Shown here: piece after piece, positions 59,692 through 64,000 of the stretch
Position numbering within the stretch: the first letter of the stretch is position 1
Layout of the letters: each line of letters begins with the position of its first letter
Source: Coleofasciculus sp. B1-GNL1-01
GTDB taxonomy: Bacteria > Cyanobacteriota > Cyanobacteriia > Cyanobacteriales > Coleofasciculaceae
Assembly: GCA_040220235.1 (NCBI GenBank)
Contig: JAVJTO010000006.1
Length of the DNA: 64,000 bases
Reading direction: 5' to 3' (one strand)
Program-made: the position numbers and the translations under genes
Notes under the pieces: generated by a model
The model's database searches: none
Seen by the model: the letters and a program-made list of their open reading frames with translations, nothing else
What the model was told of the DNA's origin: nothing

Positions 59692-61214
59692 CGTCTTCGC
59701 GGGAGTCCTCACCCTCAACTCTCGTAGGGTGAGGAGGGATAGCGGGATGCCGGAAGAATGGAGGTATCCAATTCTTTTCTCAGGCTACACATAAGCCGTT
59801 ATTTCTCCTGATTAAATTGACTTTACTAAGGGCAAATTGTCCAATTCGTTTCCAGGTGTAGTCGCAAACGGAAACCTTTTGAGTCTTTTTGGTATCGGTG
59901 AATCCGCTGACGTAGCCGATGTAGACAATCCCTGCTTTTTCTGCTCTGACCCGATCACCAATTCTCAATCCAAAAGGGGTAATCGTCCCACCTTTACGCT
60001 TCCTTACCCCTAACTTATCTGGTACTTCAAAGTGCAATTGACGACGGAAGAATCCATACTCTTTCCCCCGCTTCACCGCACCAGGGCGGGTGATGATTTT
60101 AAACGGGGAGGGAGTAATATTAACGCTACCCTTATGGGTGTAACCATGGGAGTTAGAACCAGTAAACGGAACATATTTGACAAAATACCCGCAAGCCAAT
60201 GCCACTCCATCAACTGCGTGGGTCTCCGGTTTGGCTATAGACTTGTTAGCCTTATCCTTCTCTAACCCTAGTTGGGTTCGGAGTTGAGATGTGCCGTTTC
60301 CATCCTTTTGCCAACCATGCCGGACATAGACAGGGGTGATACCCTGAGCTTGTCGAAGGGCAATTTTTTCCATTTGGGATATTGCCCAATTCTGACCCGT
60401 CATTACTGGGGAAAATCCCTTACCTGACTTGGCACGTTTGCGTTTGGTCTGATCTATGTCGGCTCTGACTCGCTCATACCCAATTGCCGTCACCGGAAAG
60501 ATAGCCGCCAATTCCGTAACTGTCCGTAACTCCAACTGCCGGGAGGCTTTAATGGATGGGGGTATTTTGTGACCTTTGCGATTATCAAACCTGCATTGCC
60601 GATGGTTGCGCTGCTTGAATGGAACATCTCGGTTAATCCGTCTAGAACGGCGAGACCGTCGCAACATGGCACGGGTTTCCATCCGTTTTTTGACCCGCCC
60701 AAACGGAAGGATAAGATGCAGTTGTAGCAGGGTACATTTAGCGGACTGGACACCGACACCGGAGTAGGACTTACCCGGATCGACTCCTACCGCGATTGGT
60801 TGCACTTCCTCAGCCGATGGTGGTGTTGTTAGTTGGACATAGTAAACTCCCAGATCTGACCACTTCCCCACGGCTTTACCTTCCTTGACCCACCGTGGGA
60901 CCCTGGATGGTTTGGTGGGCATTAAAGGTTTTCCTTCTTTACTAACTACTGGAACACGATTCATAGATATAATCCACTCGTGTAAATGTAAATGTTTACG
61001 TCTCTTAAGGCATTGGTAAGGGTGTGTCCTGGACTTACCCAGTCAAGAGAGATTCCTGAACCTACATTTAAGCCAAGCTAGAGAAGTGCTTGGAAGTGGT
61101 TATCCCTTACCAACTCATGCCCTATTCATGTACAGACGCGCTTTTGAAGCGTCTCTACTGGCAGGTTCCCTCTGCCAATCCCTAACCTCAACGAAGTAGG
61201 TTAGGGTTCATGAA
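59692..61214. mobile_element. IS200/IS605-family non-autonomous element carrying isrB and omega-RNA
   Basis: Left hairpin identical to that of the 38.5-kb element, preceded by TCAA; right hairpin CCCTAACCT..AGGTTAGGG with CAAT at its foot and TGAA terminus. Confidence 0.85.
59780..60964 (-). CDS. isrB: IsrB (RRXRR/PLMP, RuvC-only RNA-guided nickase)
   Basis: KPLMPTK; RuvC-I GVDPG; RRSRR bridge helix; RuvC-II YE; RuvC-III HAVDG; no HNH domain between RuvC-II and RuvC-III. Confidence 0.85.
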   Translation of the reverse strand: MNRVPVVSKEGKPLMPTKPSRVPRWVKEGKAVGKWSDLGVYYVQLTTPPSAEEVQPIAVGVDPGKSYSGVGVQSAKCTLLQLHLILPFGRVKKRMETRAMLRRSRRSRRINRDVPFKQRNHRQCRFDNRKGHKIPPSIKASRQLELRTVTELAAIFPVTAIGYERVRADIDQTKRKRAKSGKGFSPVMTGQNWAISQMEKIALRQAQGITPVYVRHGWQKDGNGTSQLRTQLGLEKDKANKSIAKPETHAVDGVALACGYFVKYVPFTGSNSHGYTHKGSVNITPSPFKIITRPGAVKRGKEYGFFRRQLHFEVPDKLGVRKRKGGTITPFGLRIGDRVRAEKAGIVYIGYVSGFTDTKKTQKVSVCDYTWKRIGQFALSKVNLIRRNNGLCVA

Positions 61215-61234
61215 CGGTTGCTTCCAACTCCGAT
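60972..61234 (-). ncRNA. omega-RNA of IsrB (scaffold ~60972-61214, predicted guide ~61215-61234)
   Basis: Structured non-coding region directly upstream of isrB; stems covary with the copy at 1-141; ends approximate. Confidence 0.75.
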
Positions 61235-61263
61235 TACTATAATATAGTAAAGAGATCGATTAA

Positions 61264-61336
61264 CCAGGGTTGGCCGAGCGGTTGAGGCAGCGAACTCATA
61301 ATTCGCCCTAGGCAGGTTCAACTCCTGCACCCTGGA
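61264..61336 (+). tRNA. tRNA with CAT anticodon, probably tRNA-Ile2 (lysidine) rather than Met
   Basis: CCAGGGT acceptor stem; GCGAA-CTCATAA-TTCGC anticodon arm; GGTTCAACTCC T-arm; lacks the initiator GGG/CCC anticodon stem. Confidence 0.88.
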
Positions 61337-61382
61337 TTTTGTGATGACATCCTCCCCCGCTCAAGTGGCTGATATGAAGCCG

Positions 61383-61844
61383 CTACCGTGGCAATGGAGC
61401 TTCAAAGAAAAACTCAGTCCCTTCAATTCGGGGACTGCCTTGGGGTCTAAATCGCTCAGAAACAGGCAACAACCGCACTGAGGTGTCGAAGGGATTCGGT
61501 AAATCCGGCGTGCGAATCACTGGATCACTGGCAAACTGTCGGTTTAATGCATCCTCGTAGAGAATATTAATCAATTCGGCATCTCGCTCCAGTTCCAAAT
61601 CTGGAAACCCCGCACTCCCTATTCCACCCGGACCGATAATATATTCGAGCTGACGTCCGAGACTGCGGTTTTCGTAAAACGTTCCCGATTCATTGAAAAA
61701 CGCTCGCTCAAAGGTGTTCGGAATGGTGTCTAGGCGGACTGGCTCAAAGTCTGAGGGTTCTGTTTGTGCCAGTGCGGTGCTAGCCATGACTGTGGAAGCC
61801 GCAACGACCAAACCCCGGAGCCATATCCTCAACCCCTTATGCAT
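61383..61844 (-). CDS. Secreted hypothetical protein
   Basis: Signal peptide ending ALA-Q; IRTPDLPNPFDTS motif. Confidence 0.7.
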   Translation of the reverse strand: MHKGLRIWLRGLVVAASTVMASTALAQTEPSDFEPVRLDTIPNTFERAFFNESGTFYENRSLGRQLEYIIGPGGIGSAGFPDLELERDAELINILYEDALNRQFASDPVIRTPDLPNPFDTSVRLLPVSERFRPQGSPRIEGTEFFFEAPLPR

Positions 61845-61929
61845 AATTCTTCGCCTCACTTTTCCTCAATAATATTCTTATATTTGAATTCAGTATAGTG
61901 GTGGTTGGATTTTCACCCTCTGAACTATC

Positions 61930-62556
61930 ATGGCTGACAACAGTAAACCATTGCTTTCTCTGGATACCTCAACTTCATTAACGCAAGAGCGTCAATTGCT
62001 GCTGGATTTATTTTGTCAACTGGCTTACCAAGAGGGAGACTTCGTTCTCTCCTCGGGACAGCGCAGTTCCTATTACATTAACGGCAAACAGGTGACGCTG
62101 CATCCTCACGGAGGATTAGCGATCGCACAATTGCTACTTTCTTACCTCCCCCAGGATACTCAAGCTGTTGCAGGTTTAACCTTGGGCGCTGATCCGATTG
62201 TCAGTGCGGTGAGTGTGGTGTCCGCGATCGCAAATCGACCTATTCCTGCTTTAATTATCCGTAAAGAAGCCAAAGGACATGGGACAAGGGCATATATTGA
62301 GGGTCCAAACTTGCCAGCCGGAGCCAAGGTTGTGGTGTTAGAAGATGTGGTAACCACCGGACAATCGGCAATGAAAGCCGTTGAGCGGCTGCGAGAGGCA
62401 GGGTATCAGGTGGATCAGGTGCTGGCGTTGGTTGACCGTCAGCAAGGCGGTGCTGAGTTTTACCAGTCGGTTGGGTTAGCGTTTCAGGCGGTGTTTACGA
62501 TTCAGGATATCCAACAACGCTATCAGCAGCGCCAACAGAACAGTAAAATCTTGTAA
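61930..62556 (+). CDS. pyrE: Orotate phosphoribosyltransferase
   Basis: FVLSSG, RKEAKGHG and VLEDVVTTG PRPP-binding motifs. Confidence 0.96.
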   Translation: MADNSKPLLSLDTSTSLTQERQLLLDLFCQLAYQEGDFVLSSGQRSSYYINGKQVTLHPHGGLAIAQLLLSYLPQDTQAVAGLTLGADPIVSAVSVVSAIANRPIPALIIRKEAKGHGTRAYIEGPNLPAGAKVVVLEDVVTTGQSAMKAVERLREAGYQVDQVLALVDRQQGGAEFYQSVGLAFQAVFTIQDIQQRYQQRQQNSKIL

Positions 62557-62659
62557 TCCCTTATCTACAGATCATTTTTATTAAAGCCGCCGAGAAAACC
62601 GCATCCCCTTGTGGGTGCGGATGAGAGGCGGGGCAATCGGAGGTACGGAGATTGCCAAA

Positions 62660-62809
62660 TCACTCTCGTTGCTTCTGGGTTTCAATATAGCGCTTGACCG
62701 CATCTTCTGAGATGTGACCAACACTGGTGTACCATCTTCCATCACTCCACATTCCAGACCCCCAAAACCTACGCTTTTTCAAATCCTTGAATGTACTAAA
62801 GATATGAAC
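62660..62809 (-). pseudogene. tnpA: C-terminal fragment of IS200-type transposase TnpA
   Basis: Translates VHIFSTFKDLKKRRFWGSGMWSDGRWYTSVGHISEDAVKRYIETQKQRE*; catalytic Tyr region retained, HUH region missing. Confidence 0.8.
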
Positions 62810-63327
62810 CAAGAAAATATTTGAAACCTGGGATTTTTGTGGAGCAACTTTAACCTATACCAAAAACACTAAGCAGTTTTGGGTAAGATTGGTATTTGAA
62901 GCAGCCGACGTTCCACAGGTGAAAGAAGTTAGCCAACCAGCCTGGTGTAGTGGTCTTTGTACTTGAAGACTTGTCCAGTATTCGCACTCTGGCGAGGGGC
63001 AAGAAGATGAATAAATGGCTGGGAAATTGGGCATTCTATCAGCAAGAACAGTTCTTGAGCTATAAGGCAGAAGCATTAGGGAAGCGAGTAGTACATCAAG
63101 ACCCTCGCTACACATCCCAGAAGTGCAATGTCTGCAAACACATCAAGCGGACGAATCGCAAAAAGTCTCGCTTCTGTTGTAAGAACTGCGGTCATCGAAC
63201 TCACGCTGACCTTAATGCAGCTAGAAATGTCCGTGATGACTATATTCTCTCTTCTACCCAGAACGGGACGGAAGAGCAGGCGTCAGTCAATGCGCCATAT
63301 GTTTCGGGCGAGATTACTCTCGCCTAG
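62810..63327 (+). pseudogene. tnpB: TnpB remnant lacking the N terminus, RuvC-I and bridge helix
   Basis: Fragment KIFETWDFCGATLTY..FWVRLVFE joined to FVLEDL..YTSQKCNVC..CKNCG..ADLNAARN. Confidence 0.8.
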
Positions 63328-63564
63328 TTACAAGCCCCATCCCCTTGTGGGTGGGGCTTTTGACGGATGTAGAGACGTTGCATGCAACGTCTCTAAGAGA
63401 ATATCACGCCAATCCCTGAGAGACAAAACCAGCCCAATAATAGGGATGAGAAAAAGGCTGTTTCTCCTGCGCCAACGACTGCAAACGCTGCTGTTGTACC
63501 TGAATCTTATCCCACCCCTAATAATCAAGGCAGCCATTTCACCCACAAGGACCGACCTGAATCC

Positions 63565-63798
63565 TTACGGCACAACTAAGGCAAAATCCTTAACATCGCC
63601 TTGATAGTCATTCGCCATCGTCAAAATTGTGCGATCGCCATCCCGTGCGATAATCACTTGAGAGGCTTGGTTGTAAAGCTTTGTATCTGCTTTTGCCACA
63701 TAAAATCCACAAAAGGCTAAGGCTTTTGGGGCAAATATCATGATAGCAAAAACTGCCAAAACTAACGCGATTAATACCTGTAATAGCTTTTTCATCAT
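63565..63798 (-). pseudogene. Truncated DUF2330-family secreted protein (N-terminal 77 aa only)
   Basis: Signal peptide + AFCGFYVAKADTKLYNQASQVIIARDGDRT start, then an early stop. Confidence 0.65.
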
Positions 63799-64000
63799 TA
63801 ACTCACATTTTCAGTTTGGTATTCTTAATTTGTCATTCGCCAGAAATTATATAGCATTTCCAAATGAAAGGTGAAAATGTTACCCTTTCCAAACCCTCCC
63901 CTTGCTAAGGGGAGGGCAGGGGTGGGGTTTACAATATTAAATGACTTGCTGAATGTTTACATTTACCAATCAACCATCACCGGAAAACCTCCAAACAAAT

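Larger units (their letters stand above)
62582..63364 (+). mobile_element. Internally deleted IS605-type element with both ends intact
   Basis: TTAT target, AAAA + CCGCATCCCCTTGTGGGTGCGG left hairpin; CAAG + CCCCATCCCCTTGTGGGTGGGG right hairpin ending TGAC. Confidence 0.8.

Noticed and set aside
59780..60964. IscB or Cas9-like call for the RRXRR protein
   Set aside because: No HNH domain between RuvC-II and RuvC-III and no CRISPR array, so IsrB fits better.

Overview
Chromosomal segment of a cyanobacterium. This rests on many HIP1 GCGATCGC sites, gap2, a glucosylglycerol-phosphate phosphatase and cyanobacteria-type heptamer/nonamer tandem repeats. A large-genome filamentous salt-tolerant taxon such as Coleofasciculus is plausible, but that is inference. 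Core genes are gap2, murC, murB, a YbaB/EbfC protein, xseA, recA, homoserine dehydrogenase, iscA and pyrE. The window also has a four-gene sugar ABC transporter, a three-gene membrane glycosylation module, two large PAS histidine kinases, toxin-antitoxin genes and three tRNAs: Thr(CGT), Leu(CAA) and Ile2/Met(CAT). Four IS200/IS605-family RNA-guided (OMEGA) elements are present: an omega-RNA cut off by the left edge, an intact TnpB element that splits a MASE1-PAS kinase gene, an IsrB element with omega-RNA and predictable guide/TAM, and a deleted tnpA/tnpB relic. The most striking observation is an 81-codon basic ORF (52558-52803, minus) just downstream of tRNA-Leu. It carries a KGKGGS motif and a strong intrinsic terminator inside the coding sequence, 16 codons before the stop. 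That is the non-stop-mRNA design of the alternative ribosome-rescue factors ArfA/BrfA, so it is a candidate cyanobacterial rescue factor. All family calls come from motif recognition by eye; no database searches were run.
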